DNA from: Escherichia coli
GTDB taxonomy: Bacteria; Pseudomonadota; Gammaproteobacteria; Enterobacterales; Enterobacteriaceae
Direction: 5' to 3' (one strand)
Length of the DNA: 64,000 nt
NCBI RefSeq assembly: GCF_046105845.1
Contig: NZ_CP151004.1
Shown here: in pieces, positions 35,780-45,518 of the stretch
Position numbering within the stretch: the stretch's first letter is position 1
Layout: every line of letters starts with the position of its first letter
Made by a program: the position numbers and the translations under genes
The notes under the pieces: generated by a model
Seen by the model: only the letters and a program-made list of their open reading frames with translations
The model's database searches: none
What the model was told of the DNA's origin: nothing

Positions 35780-36768
35780 GTGATCCTCCGGTTGCGCAGA
35801 ATCAACCACATAAAATAAGGACCACCAAGCAGGCTGGTTAATAATCCCACGGGCATTTCTGCTGGCTGTACCAGCGTGCGGGCAAGCGTGTCTGCCATCA
35901 GCAATAAACAGGCTCCGGCGAGGGCGGAACAAGGGATTAGCCAGCGGTGATTTGCTCCGGTAGTCATGCGAATCAGATGCGGGATTACCAGGCCAATAAA
36001 GCCGATAATGCCGCTTACCGATACGGCAGCACCAACGAGCAGTGAGCTCACTAACAGTAATTGCTGGCGTTTACGCTTAACGTTCACGCCGAGGTAATGG
36101 GCTTCTTCATCACCGAGCTGCAGTAAATTCAGCGTTCCGGCGAGATAAGTTGTTGCGATAATGGCCGGTAGGATGAATGAACTGGCAACCAATAACGTCG
36201 GCCATTGCGCCTGTCCAAGATTGCCCATCATCCACAATGTGAGTTGTCGTAGCTGCTGCTCATCGCCGATATAGCTCAGGATGCCGATCGCTGCGCCGCA
36301 CAGGGCATTGATGGCGATACCGGCGAGTAATAATTGCATCATGCTGCCATCGCGATGGCGCTGCGTGATGAGAAAAATGATGGTGCAGACCACTAAACTT
36401 CCGGCAATGGCAAACACCATTTGCTCATAGAGCACCAGCACCACTGGGAAGGAGAAGGGCAGCACAATAGCAACGCCAACCATTAATGCAGAACCGCTAC
36501 TGACGCCGAGTAATCCAGGGTCAGCCATTGGGTTGCGAAAAAGCCCCTGCATAATTACCCCGGCGGTTGCCAACGCTGCACCTACCAGCACCGCCAGCAA
36601 AACCCGTGGTAGACGAATATTGAGCCAGATATCGCGGTATTCCTCATCAAAAAGGGCATCAAAACTGATCTTTAACGCTCCCTGACTGGCACCGAACAGC
36701 ACTAGGGCAAGCAATAATAGTGATAGCCCCATAAAGACCCTGGCGGATGAAAATGAATCCTTGAGCAC
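35776..36768 (-). CDS. chuU: Haemin ABC transporter permease (FecCD family) ChuU
   Basis: 330-aa polytopic ORF; 2-nt overlap into chuV. Confidence 0.9.
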   Translation of the reverse strand: MLKDSFSSARVFMGLSLLLLALVLFGASQGALKISFDALFDEEYRDIWLNIRLPRVLLAVLVGAALATAGVIMQGLFRNPMADPGLLGVSSGSALMVGVAIVLPFSFPVVLVLYEQMVFAIAGSLVVCTIIFLITQRHRDGSMMQLLLAGIAINALCGAAIGILSYIGDEQQLRQLTLWMMGNLGQAQWPTLLVASSFILPAIIATTYLAGTLNLLQLGDEEAHYLGVNVKRKRQQLLLVSSLLVGAAVSVSGIIGFIGLVIPHLIRMTTGANHRWLIPCSALAGACLLLMADTLARTLVQPAEMPVGLLTSLLGGPYFMWLILRNRRIT

Positions 36769-36818
36769 GCAAAACTCCGTTATGACGTTGCGGCGCGGAG
36801 AGTCTGCGCCGCATGGGA

Positions 36819-37442
36819 TTACGCCGGTTTCAGGTCAGGTTCAATCAGACTGTAGATCTGCTTGTTGAGTGCTGGCGCGTTTGCCAGTTCATGAATGTGT
36901 GCAGCGACATCGGCACGGTGAACAAAACCATGACACTCCTGATGTTGTATCCGTTGTGCTTTGCCCGTTGCCGCACCATCAAGCAGACCGCCAGGGCGGA
37001 GAATGGCGTAATCAAGCTGGCTGGTTTGCAACCAGCTTTCCGCCAGCGTTTTTTCCCGTACCGCCTGACCAAACGCAGCCTTTGCCCGCTCCGATAAAAA
37101 CGGCCAGCTATCGCCGCATCCCAAAGAGGTCACCAGAATCATGCGACTGATGCCGGCCTTTTCGGCCTCATCAATCACTGTTCTGTGCGCCAGATAATCC
37201 TGAGCTCCGCCCATTGTTGAGATGATAAGCGCATCCGGGCCAGCTGCGCGGCAAGCAGCCGCAACTACGCTGGCATCACAGGCGTCGCCTGTAAAAACCT
37301 GTACGCCTTGTTGCGCCAGTTTCGTGGCGGCATCGGCATGACGAATGACAGCAACGACCGGACGTTGTTCCGCCAGCGCCAGTTCAAGCGTTCTGGCACC
37401 CACACCTTTTCCGCCTGCGCCAAAGAGTAGCCACGGCGTCAT
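36819..37442 (-). CDS. chuY: NAD(P)-binding Rossmann-fold reductase ChuY (haem catabolite reductase)
   Basis: 207-aa ORF with N-terminal GxGxxG-like motif (LLFGAGGKGVGA); start overlaps the chuX stop by 1 nt. Confidence 0.85.
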   Translation of the reverse strand: MTPWLLFGAGGKGVGARTLELALAEQRPVVAVIRHADAATKLAQQGVQVFTGDACDASVVAAACRAAGPDALIISTMGGAQDYLAHRTVIDEAEKAGISRMILVTSLGCGDSWPFLSERAKAAFGQAVREKTLAESWLQTSQLDYAILRPGGLLDGAATGKAQRIQHQECHGFVHRADVAAHIHELANAPALNKQIYSLIEPDLKPA

Positions 37443-37936
37443 CAGGCGTGCTCCTTTAACGATGCCGCCAGAGCATGGAAAGCGTTGACCTGTTCGCTCA
37501 GGAGCTGACGATGGTCATCCCTGCCGAGGAAGATTTTCAGCATGGCGCTGCCTTCCTTATTGAAAAAGAGAATAGAGGCGGTGTCCATGCCCATAAATTT
37601 ACGTTCGATCAAGGCAATATGCGTGCAGTTTTCTGCTTTGATATGCCCGGACATGCCGTGCTTTCCGCGTAGGTTGAAATAGCCGTGGCGGTGGAAACCC
37701 GAAGGCAGTTCGCCGCTAAATTCGAGGATTACATCGGCAGTATGTACTAACGTGGTGACGTTGCCCCATTCGCAGACGGTATCCCAGACAGTATCGAATT
37801 TATCGCCTGACACTATGGTAGAGGAGGGCAGATTTTTCACTACTTCCAGCAGTGTGGTGTTGTATTGTTCGGCTACCACCTCCAGCGTACCGTCCGGCTC
37901 CGTTTTCAAAAATTCTTGTAACGAGACATGGCTCAT
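37442..37936 (-). CDS. chuX: Haem utilisation / haem-binding protein ChuX
   Basis: 164-aa ORF between chuW and chuY. Confidence 0.85.
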   Translation of the reverse strand: MSHVSLQEFLKTEPDGTLEVVAEQYNTTLLEVVKNLPSSTIVSGDKFDTVWDTVCEWGNVTTLVHTADVILEFSGELPSGFHRHGYFNLRGKHGMSGHIKAENCTHIALIERKFMGMDTASILFFNKEGSAMLKIFLGRDDHRQLLSEQVNAFHALAASLKEHA

Positions 37937-37948
37937 AAATCACTCCTG

Positions 37949-39286
37949 TTATGGTTTTTCACGCACAATCGCTGGCGCATTAAGTACCTGAATTAGTTCA
38001 TTAAGAGACTGCAAAATATTGCTTGCCCAGAAACGACCTTCATTAGTCAGCCGCAGGCAAGTTGAAGCATCGCGGCTTAAGCCTTTTTGGTGCCATTGAG
38101 CCAGTAACGGCGCGAGTTTTTCGGCATGTGGCGTAAGTTCATCCAGCGGTACACGCGCTGTTTCAACACCTGACTGCAAGGTATGACGCCATTGCGCATT
38201 ACGTTCGGCGTTACGCATGATCATCATCAGCGGTTTTTTGCCTGCCGCGACGGATTCATGCCAGGTCTGCAGATTGCGTTCGTTCATCCAGGAGTAACCA
38301 TTAATCGAACCGCCGGCTCCGGAACCAAAGGCCAGACAATCGGCACCTTGTTTAATCAGCAGGTTATAGAGATTGCATTCGCGTGTGGTACGGCCCCAGT
38401 GGCTGTTACTAATACAGCGCCAACCGGCTTCGTCCATGAAGTCACACCCTTGCAGATAAAGATCGCGACGTTCTGCCGGAGAGGGCACGGTAGTACGCCC
38501 ATTTTCCACGGCTTTGCCCAGCGGTGTATTGGGCAGGACATTGAGCGCATAGAGATCGACGCCGTCGAGACCGATATCGCGAGCAATAGCCAGATCTTCT
38601 CCCCAGGTTTGCGCATCCTGACCCGGCAGGCCAAACAGCAGGTCACAGACCACCGCTGCACGGTCGCGTTTGACCAGGCTTTCCATAAACGCAATGGCGG
38701 TTGGGCCATCCGAGGTGCGGGCCATTTTCTTGCGGATTTTGCTGTTAAACGACTGAATACCAATTGAGAAGCGGTTTGCTCCTGCATCAAGGCAAGCATC
38801 GATTCGCTCAGCGTCAAAATTCAGTACCCGGCCTTCGATAGTGATTTCACAATCAGGGGCCAGTGGCAGCTTTTCTCGTAATGTGGTGATAATTCTGGCC
38901 AAATCGTGTGCCGAAAGCGCGGAAGGCGTGCCGCCACCGAAATAGACCGCGTGGATGGGGGCAGACTGATGCAATACGCTGTCCGCTTCCATTTCTATTT
39001 CACGAATCAGGGCGTCGGTATAATGAGCACACGCATCCTCATTAAAACGGTTCTGATAAAAACCACAAAACGTGCAGTGTGTCGCACAAAAAGGAATGTG
39101 TAGATAAACCAGTCGCTTACGTGGTGATACCGTTTGATTGATCATCTCTTGCCAGGTCTGTGCCAGTTGCTCTTTGGCAACTGGAATGGCCCCACGAAAC
39201 GGCATCATGGCGCGCCTGTCTTTAAATGGCTGATCACCGTCTAAAGCAAAATGTGGCGTGAGATCCAGGGTGTTATTTACGTTCAT
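37949..39286 (-). CDS. chuW: Radical-SAM anaerobic haem-degrading enzyme ChuW (HemN-like)
   Basis: 445-aa ORF with CxxxCxxC motif (CATHCTFC) near the N-terminus. Confidence 0.9.
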   Translation of the reverse strand: MNVNNTLDLTPHFALDGDQPFKDRRAMMPFRGAIPVAKEQLAQTWQEMINQTVSPRKRLVYLHIPFCATHCTFCGFYQNRFNEDACAHYTDALIREIEMEADSVLHQSAPIHAVYFGGGTPSALSAHDLARIITTLREKLPLAPDCEITIEGRVLNFDAERIDACLDAGANRFSIGIQSFNSKIRKKMARTSDGPTAIAFMESLVKRDRAAVVCDLLFGLPGQDAQTWGEDLAIARDIGLDGVDLYALNVLPNTPLGKAVENGRTTVPSPAERRDLYLQGCDFMDEAGWRCISNSHWGRTTRECNLYNLLIKQGADCLAFGSGAGGSINGYSWMNERNLQTWHESVAAGKKPLMMIMRNAERNAQWRHTLQSGVETARVPLDELTPHAEKLAPLLAQWHQKGLSRDASTCLRLTNEGRFWASNILQSLNELIQVLNAPAIVREKP

Positions 39287-39305
39287 TCGTCTGATTTAAA
39301 TCCAT

Positions 39306-40220
39306 TTATTGCGGCCAAAGCTGCTGGTGTAAAGACTCAACGACATCAGCAATACGCGGACCCATTCCCAGAATCAGGTTTTGATCAACGGTGATAATGC
39401 GCTGGTTTTTCCATGCGGCAGTGTGGGTAATTCCGGCAATAGAACGTAGCCGGTTAATATCGCCATCGACCATTTGTGAGGTTACGACAATCACTTCTGG
39501 ATTAGCCGCAATCAGTGATTCTGCACTGTAGCTTTTGTACTGCTGGTGGGTTGCGACGTTTTCTGCTCCGGCAAGCGAAAGAATGGCGTCCGCGACGCTG
39601 CCTTTACCGGCAACCTGTGGCGCACTTCCGCCTGCGGAGAGAATAAACATGGCTTTAACCGGGGCTTTTTTGGCCGCCACGTTTTGCTGTACTCGCTCCA
39701 GGCGTTGGTTGATCTGTGTCACCAGCGCCTCGCCTTGTTCAGGAACCTGTAGCGTTTTTGCCAGTTGGCGAATGTTGGCGTACATCTGCTGAAGGGTGGC
39801 AGGCACACGCGGCAGGGTGACGACGTTGACTTTCTGCGCTCGTAATTGGTCGAGCACAATTTGTGGCCCGGCATCCTGCCAGGTAATTACGCTATCCGGG
39901 CGAAGTGACAAAATGCCTTCGCTGTTGAGTTGTTTCCAGTAGCCAATATGCGGCAGTTTGGCGGTTTCTGGTGGATAAGATGTCGTTTCATCGACACCAA
40001 CCACGCGTTCGCCAGCGCCCATCGCGTAGATTAGCTCCGTCAGCGATCCTCCTGCGACCACGATACGTTCGGCAGCCGTTACGCTAAAAGCCCAGCTAAG
40101 AGCCAGTACTGCCGTAAACAATTTTTTTCGTTTTACCGCGGTCTTCGCGGCAGAGGCCACGGCTGAAATACATAACGTCAGTGGAGAAAAAAGAAACGGC
40201 CTGGTGATGATCCTTGGCAT
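39306..40220 (-). CDS. chuT: Periplasmic haemin-binding protein ChuT (start uncertain)
   Basis: Substrate-binding-protein-like ORF; the longest ORF start (40298) lies upstream of a Fur box, so the ATG at 40220 or a downstream non-ATG start before the signal-like KKLFTAVLALSWAFSVTA is more likely. Confidence 0.8.
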   Translation of the reverse strand: MPRIITRPFLFSPLTLCISAVASAAKTAVKRKKLFTAVLALSWAFSVTAAERIVVAGGSLTELIYAMGAGERVVGVDETTSYPPETAKLPHIGYWKQLNSEGILSLRPDSVITWQDAGPQIVLDQLRAQKVNVVTLPRVPATLQQMYANIRQLAKTLQVPEQGEALVTQINQRLERVQQNVAAKKAPVKAMFILSAGGSAPQVAGKGSVADAILSLAGAENVATHQQYKSYSAESLIAANPEVIVVTSQMVDGDINRLRSIAGITHTAAWKNQRIITVDQNLILGMGPRIADVVESLHQQLWPQ

Positions 40221-40245
40221 AATATGAGAACTCTTATCAAGTTGA

Positions 40246-40264
40246 GAATGATCATGATTATCAT
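40246..40264. promoter_or_regulatory. Fur box at the chuT(WXYUV) promoter
   Basis: gaatgatcatgattatcat closely matches the Fur consensus gataatgataatcattatc. Confidence 0.65.
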
Positions 40265-40594
40265 TTGAGTTATATATGAAATACAACCGTCGATTCAATA
40301 CGCACGGCGTTACAAGCGTATTTATTTTTGATTTTTATCAAGATGCTTCGTCAGCTAACGTTCTTGTTACCGACTAAATTTCAGCGCGGGAAAAAGCTGA
40401 GAACCCAGAGATATCGAGGCTTGCAGAGCAAAGCGAAGAGAAAATTATCACTGTTAACGACAAAGTTTAGTGATGAGGTCATGGGGGAATAACCATAAAA
40501 ATAAAGTGGTTTTCAGGGCGCGGGATAGGTTTCATAACCCCCTGTTTATTGTGTTAATGGCGGTTAAAAAAAGCTTGATCATAAAAAATTGATC

Positions 40595-40613
40595 GATAAT
40601 AATTCTCATTATC
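40595..40613. promoter_or_regulatory. Fur box at the chuA promoter
   Basis: gataataattctcattatc matches 15 of 19 consensus positions; about 290 bp upstream of the chuA ATG, implying a long 5' leader. Confidence 0.65.
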
Positions 40614-40881
40614 ACATTTGCGCTTAACAAAACACGACCATATGGATAACAAAACCATAGCATTTGCAAGGGATAACGCACAGCGCTCTTCACTCCTGAT
40701 GGGGCATATCGTTTTGCCTGACAAAGAGGGCGTGCTTTTGCGTATTTGCCGAGATACCAGGCAATTTCATGGGATATAAACGCCTGTAAACTCACCCGGC
40801 GAATATTATCGCCCTGAATTTTAAATAAATTTATTTTTCGCCAGCCACCCCGGTATTAACCCAGGCAGCCAGCATTTTTTA

Positions 40882-40896
40882 TTTTCCTCATGGAGA
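40882..40896 (+). promoter_or_regulatory. U-rich/SD hairpin in the chuA leader (candidate FourU-type RNA thermometer)
   Basis: ttttcc tcat ggaga: the U-rich tract can pair with the GGAG Shine-Dalgarno just 5' of the ATG. Confidence 0.4.
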
Positions 40897-40902
40897 ATCG
40901 CT

Positions 40903-42885
40903 ATGTCACGTCCGCAATTTACCTCGTTGCGTTTGAGTTTGTTGGCTTTGGCTGTTTCTGCCACCTTGCCAACGTTTGCTTTTGCTACTGAAACCATGAC
41001 CGTTACGGCAACGGGGAATGCCCGTAGTTCCTTCGAAGCGCCTATGATGGTCAGCGTCATCGACACTTCCGCTCCTGAAAATCAAACGGCTACTTCAGCC
41101 ACCGATCTGCTGCGTCATGTTCCTGGAATTACTCTTGATGGTACCGGACGAACCAACGGTCAGGATGTAAATATGCGTGGCTATGATCATCGCGGCGTGC
41201 TGGTTCTTGTCGATGGTGTTCGCCAGGGAACGGATACCGGACACCTGAATGGTACTTTTCTTGATCCGGCGCTGATCAAGCGTGTTGAGATTGTTCGCGG
41301 ACCTTCAGCATTACTGTATGGCAGTGGCGCGCTGGGTGGGGTGATCTCCTACGATACGGTCGATGCAAAAGATTTATTGCAGGAAGGACAAAGTAGTGGT
41401 TTTCGTGTCTTTGGTACTGGCGGCACGGGGGACCATAGCCTGGGATTAGGCGCGAGCGCGTTTGGACGAACTGAAAATCTGGATGGTATTGTGGCCTGGT
41501 CCAGTCGCGATCGGGGTGATTTACGCCAGAGCAATGATGAAACCGCGCCGAATGACGAGTCCATTAATAACATGCTGGCGAAAGGGACCTGGCAAATTGA
41601 TTCAGCCCAGTCTCTGAGCGGTTTAGTGCGTTACTACAACAACGACGCGCGTGAACCAAAAAATCCGCAGACCGTTGAAGCTTCTGATAGCAGCAACCCG
41701 ATGGTTGATCGTTCAACAATTCAACGCGATGTGCAGCTTTCTTATAAACTCGCCCCGCAGGGCAACGACTGGTTAAATGCAGATGCAAAAATTTACTGGT
41801 CGGAAGTCCGTATTAATGCGCAAAACACGGGGAGTTCCGGCGAGTATCGTGAACAGATAACAAAAGGAGCCAGGCTGGAGAACCGTTCCACTCTATTTGC
41901 CGACAGTTTCGCTTCTCACTTACTGACATATGGCGGTGAGTATTATCGTCAGGAACAACATCCGGGCGGCGCGACGACGGGCTTCCCGCAAGCAAAAATC
42001 GATTTTAGCTCTGGCTGGCTACAGGATGAGATCACCTTACGCGATCTGCCGATTACCCTGCTTGGCGGAACCCGCTATGACAGTTATCGCGGTAGCAGCG
42101 ACGGCTACAAAGATGTTGATGCTGACAAATGGTCATCTCGTGCGGGGATGACTATCAACCCGACCAACTGGCTGATGTTATTTGGCTCATATGCCCAGGC
42201 ATTCCGCGCCCCGACGATGGGCGAAATGTATAACGATTCTAAGCACTTCTCGATTGGTCGCTTCTATACCAACTATTGGGTGCCAAACCCGAACTTACGT
42301 CCGGAAACTAACGAAACTCAGGAGTACGGTTTTGGGCTGCGTTTTGATGACCTGATGTTGTCCAATGATGCCCTGGAATTTAAAGCCAGCTACTTTGATA
42401 CCAAAGCGAAGGATTACATCTCCACGACCGTCGATTTCGCGGCGGCGACAACTATGTCGTATAACGTCCCGAACGCCAAAATCTGGGGTTGGGATGTGAT
42501 GACGAAATATACCACTGATCTGTTTAGCCTTGATGTGGCCTATAACCGTACCCGCGGCAAAGACACCGATACCGGCGAATATATCTCCAGTATTAACCCG
42601 GATACCGTTACCAGCACCCTGAATATTCCGATCGCTCACAGTGGCTTCTCTGTTGGGTGGGTTGGTACGTTTGCCGATCGCTCAACACATATCAGCAGCA
42701 GTTACAGCAAACAACCAGGCTATGGCGTGAATGATTTCTACGTCAGTTATCAAGGACAACAGGCGCTCAAAGGTATGACCACTACTTTGGTGTTGGGTAA
42801 CGCTTTCGACAAAGAGTACTGGTCGCCACAAGGCATCCCACAGGATGGTCGTAATGGAAAAATTTTCGTGAGTTATCAATGGTAA
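40903..42885 (+). CDS. chuA: TonB-dependent outer-membrane haem/haemoglobin receptor ChuA
   Basis: 660-aa ORF with signal peptide, TonB-box-like region (ETMTVTAT) and aromatic C-terminus ending ...VSYQW. Confidence 0.95.
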   Translation: MSRPQFTSLRLSLLALAVSATLPTFAFATETMTVTATGNARSSFEAPMMVSVIDTSAPENQTATSATDLLRHVPGITLDGTGRTNGQDVNMRGYDHRGVLVLVDGVRQGTDTGHLNGTFLDPALIKRVEIVRGPSALLYGSGALGGVISYDTVDAKDLLQEGQSSGFRVFGTGGTGDHSLGLGASAFGRTENLDGIVAWSSRDRGDLRQSNDETAPNDESINNMLAKGTWQIDSAQSLSGLVRYYNNDAREPKNPQTVEASDSSNPMVDRSTIQRDVQLSYKLAPQGNDWLNADAKIYWSEVRINAQNTGSSGEYREQITKGARLENRSTLFADSFASHLLTYGGEYYRQEQHPGGATTGFPQAKIDFSSGWLQDEITLRDLPITLLGGTRYDSYRGSSDGYKDVDADKWSSRAGMTINPTNWLMLFGSYAQAFRAPTMGEMYNDSKHFSIGRFYTNYWVPNPNLRPETNETQEYGFGLRFDDLMLSNDALEFKASYFDTKAKDYISTTVDFAAATTMSYNVPNAKIWGWDVMTKYTTDLFSLDVAYNRTRGKDTDTGEYISSINPDTVTSTLNIPIAHSGFSVGWVGTFADRSTHISSSYSKQPGYGVNDFYVSYQGQQALKGMTTTLVLGNAFDKEYWSPQGIPQDGRNGKIFVSYQW

Positions 42886-42933
42886 TCATCTGCCCCGATA
42901 TTTCGGGGCATTTATCTGGAAGGAAGAGAGACA

Positions 42934-43962
42934 ATGAACCACTACACACGCTGGCTTGAGTTAAAAGAACAAAATCCCGGAAAGTACGCGCGTGACATCG
43001 CAGGTTTAATGAATATTAGCGAAGCAGAACTGGCATTTGCACGCGTCACGCACGATGCGTGGCGGATGCGCGGCGATATCCGTGAAATTCTGGCGGCGCT
43101 CGAAAGTGTTGGCGAGACCAAATGTATTTGTCGTAATGAATATGCAGTCCATGAGCAAGTTGGTGCGTTCACAAACCAGCATTTGAACGGACATGCCGGA
43201 TTGATCCTCAATCCACGCGCGCTGGATTTGCGTCTGTTTCTCAATCAATGGGCCAGTGTTTTCCACATCAAAGAAAATACGACTCGTGGCGAACGCCAGA
43301 GTATTCAGTTCTTTGATCATCAGGGCGATGCATTACTAAAAGTTTATGCCACCGACAATACCGATATGGCGGCATGGAGTGAGCTTCTGGCACGGTTTAT
43401 CGCCGATGAGAATACGCCGCTTGAGTTAAAAGCCGTTGATGCGCCAGTCGTTCAAATGCGAGCCGATGCCAGTGTGGTCGAGCAAGAGTGGCGGGCGATG
43501 ACCGACGTTCATCAGTTTTTTACGTTGCTCAAGCGCCACAACCTGACGCGCCAACAGGCGTTCAATCTGGTGGCAGACGATTTGGCCTGCAAAGTATCCA
43601 ACAGTGCGTTGGCGCAAATTCTTGAATCTGCACAGCAGGATGGCAATGAAATCATGGTGTTTGTTGGCAACCGTGGCTGCGTACAGATTTTCACTGGCGT
43701 GGTAGAAAAAGTGGTGCCAATGAAAGGTTGGCTGAATATTTTTAACCCGACGTTTACTCTTCATCTATTAGAAGAGAGCATTGCTGAAACCTGGGTAACC
43801 CGTAAACCTGCTAGTGACGGTTATGTGACCAGTCTGGAATTGTTTGCCCATGATGGTACGCAGATAGCGCAACTTTATGGTCAACGTACAGAAGGCGAAC
43901 AGGAGCAAGCGCAATGGCGTAAGCAAATTGCTTCGCTGATACCGGAAGGCGTTACTGTATAA
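42934..43962 (+). CDS. chuS: Cytoplasmic haem oxygenase / haem utilisation protein ChuS
   Basis: 342-aa ORF immediately downstream of chuA. Confidence 0.92.
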   Translation: MNHYTRWLELKEQNPGKYARDIAGLMNISEAELAFARVTHDAWRMRGDIREILAALESVGETKCICRNEYAVHEQVGAFTNQHLNGHAGLILNPRALDLRLFLNQWASVFHIKENTTRGERQSIQFFDHQGDALLKVYATDNTDMAAWSELLARFIADENTPLELKAVDAPVVQMRADASVVEQEWRAMTDVHQFFTLLKRHNLTRQQAFNLVADDLACKVSNSALAQILESAQQDGNEIMVFVGNRGCVQIFTGVVEKVVPMKGWLNIFNPTFTLHLLEESIAETWVTRKPASDGYVTSLELFAHDGTQIAQLYGQRTEGEQEQAQWRKQIASLIPEGVTV

Positions 43963-44022
43963 CGTATAATTAACGGGAGGTCTGGCTATTTATTGTTGGG
44001 CCTCTTTATATTAATCAATCGA

Positions 44023-44553
44023 TCACACCAGATAATCAATATGCTGATGGCGTACCAACTCATTGATCCGCTTAAGATTGAGGATCATCATGATATTGTG
44101 TTTATGGCAGTAGAACGTTTTTAGCGATATTTTCAGTTTCTCCAGAATATCTTCCGTTGTCATTTGATTCGCAATGCAGCTCAGAACCTGATGCTGCTTG
44201 CGCGAAAGGGACACATCCGCTTCAGGCACAGAGCAGTAACTGCCATTGATGAGTGCGACAAAGTCGATGATGGTGATAGTTCGCGGAACAAAGGTCACCG
44301 GTACTTTCCCCAGGCAGCGTTTAATATTAAAGGGGGAGAAAATAATCACATGGACAGGTTTTAATCGTTCAATTTGAGTGAGCAAATTAGAATGAAATAC
44401 ATTATTCATTAATGTATCAATAATGACGAAGGCATGCTGATGCAACATTACGTCGATCTCTTCTTCGTTCTGTATATGAACGACATTACCTTTACTCAGA
44501 ATGTTTTTCATCGCAGTGAAGAACATCGTATCCCTGGTAATTATAAGAAACAT
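44023..44553 (-). CDS. dctR: LuxR-family regulator DctR (YhiF)
   Basis: 176-aa AT-rich ORF with C-terminal LuxR-type HTH. Confidence 0.9.
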   Translation of the reverse strand: MFLIITRDTMFFTAMKNILSKGNVVHIQNEEEIDVMLHQHAFVIIDTLMNNVFHSNLLTQIERLKPVHVIIFSPFNIKRCLGKVPVTFVPRTITIIDFVALINGSYCSVPEADVSLSRKQHQVLSCIANQMTTEDILEKLKISLKTFYCHKHNIMMILNLKRINELVRHQHIDYLV

Positions 44554-44708
44554 AACCGACTCCTGGTGCGGACATTAACTTTATAATCAGTTTGCCAAAG
44601 GTAATTAACAGGACAGGGCTTATAATAATAATAGTTAGCTGGCTGTGTATTAATTTGATGTAATGCATGATGCAGATGCTGAGAAAGCATCTGCATCTCT
44701 CGGTGGTG

Positions 44709-45275
44709 TTATTTGACCAGCTCAGGTGTTACCTGACTCACCGCATTGGTGTAGTAAGGCGCGCCCCAGCCCGGTTCCGGCCAGAATGCACCATAGCCGT
44801 AATCCCACAGGTTATAGGTGGTATTAACCACTTCTCTCAAATGCCACACCTGGATGCCCTGCATATTCACTTCGAGGAAGTTATACGGGACTTTATTGAT
44901 AAAGCCAGGTTGTTCACCCTGAATGGTACCGAGGATGGTAACAAAGTGATTACGATAGTTCACTGGATCAAGGAAGCCGCTTTGTCTGGCGAGCAGTCGG
45001 CCCTGATAGTTGGCTTCAATATCAGGCTTCGCATAGCTATCCAACGGTAATACAGCGATTTCTAACAACGTATCCGTTTTGCCATTGATAACGTTGATAA
45101 CCTTCCCACCAAAGCGCGCTTGTTGACCAACATATAACCCCGGCTGGTTATGAACAGCAACAAAACTTTTTTGAATATCAGGTTGGTTATTGCCTTTGAT
45201 ATTTTGCGGAATTGAACTACATGCGGCAAGCAAAAATGAAAGGCTGAGGATGAGTGCACCTTTTGTCATGTTCAT
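44709..45275 (-). CDS. slp: Starvation-inducible outer membrane lipoprotein Slp
   Basis: 188-aa sequence from internal Met (MNMTKGALILSLSFLLAACSS, lipobox LAAC); the ORF extends 11 codons upstream. Confidence 0.9.
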   Translation of the reverse strand: MNMTKGALILSLSFLLAACSSIPQNIKGNNQPDIQKSFVAVHNQPGLYVGQQARFGGKVINVINGKTDTLLEIAVLPLDSYAKPDIEANYQGRLLARQSGFLDPVNYRNHFVTILGTIQGEQPGFINKVPYNFLEVNMQGIQVWHLREVVNTTYNLWDYGYGAFWPEPGWGAPYYTNAVSQVTPELVK

Positions 45276-45518
45276 GTTACTATCCTTATCAACAAATATT
45301 AAAACCATAATAGATATTTCTTTATAGTTTTCATCTGATTCTGAGGCGATATGCCTGATAGTAACGTAAACCTGTCTGATGTTTATATCCCTCTGTTTAG
45401 TTTAATTCTGTTAATTTTGGGGCGTGACATGAGTATCCATCGCCCCATAAAATAGCCTTTTTTTAAAGGTACATAAAATCTATTTTATTCAATGATTATA
45501 AAGCGCTAATGTTCAATA

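Noticed and set aside
40221-40298. Longest chuT ORF start at 40298 (TTG)
   Set aside because: The chuT-side Fur box and likely promoter lie downstream of this start at 40246-40264, so translation more plausibly begins at or after 40220.
34958-44022. Integrase, tRNA or phage genes flanking the chu island
   Set aside because: None found; both borders abut core genes directly, so I did not annotate this as a mobile element.
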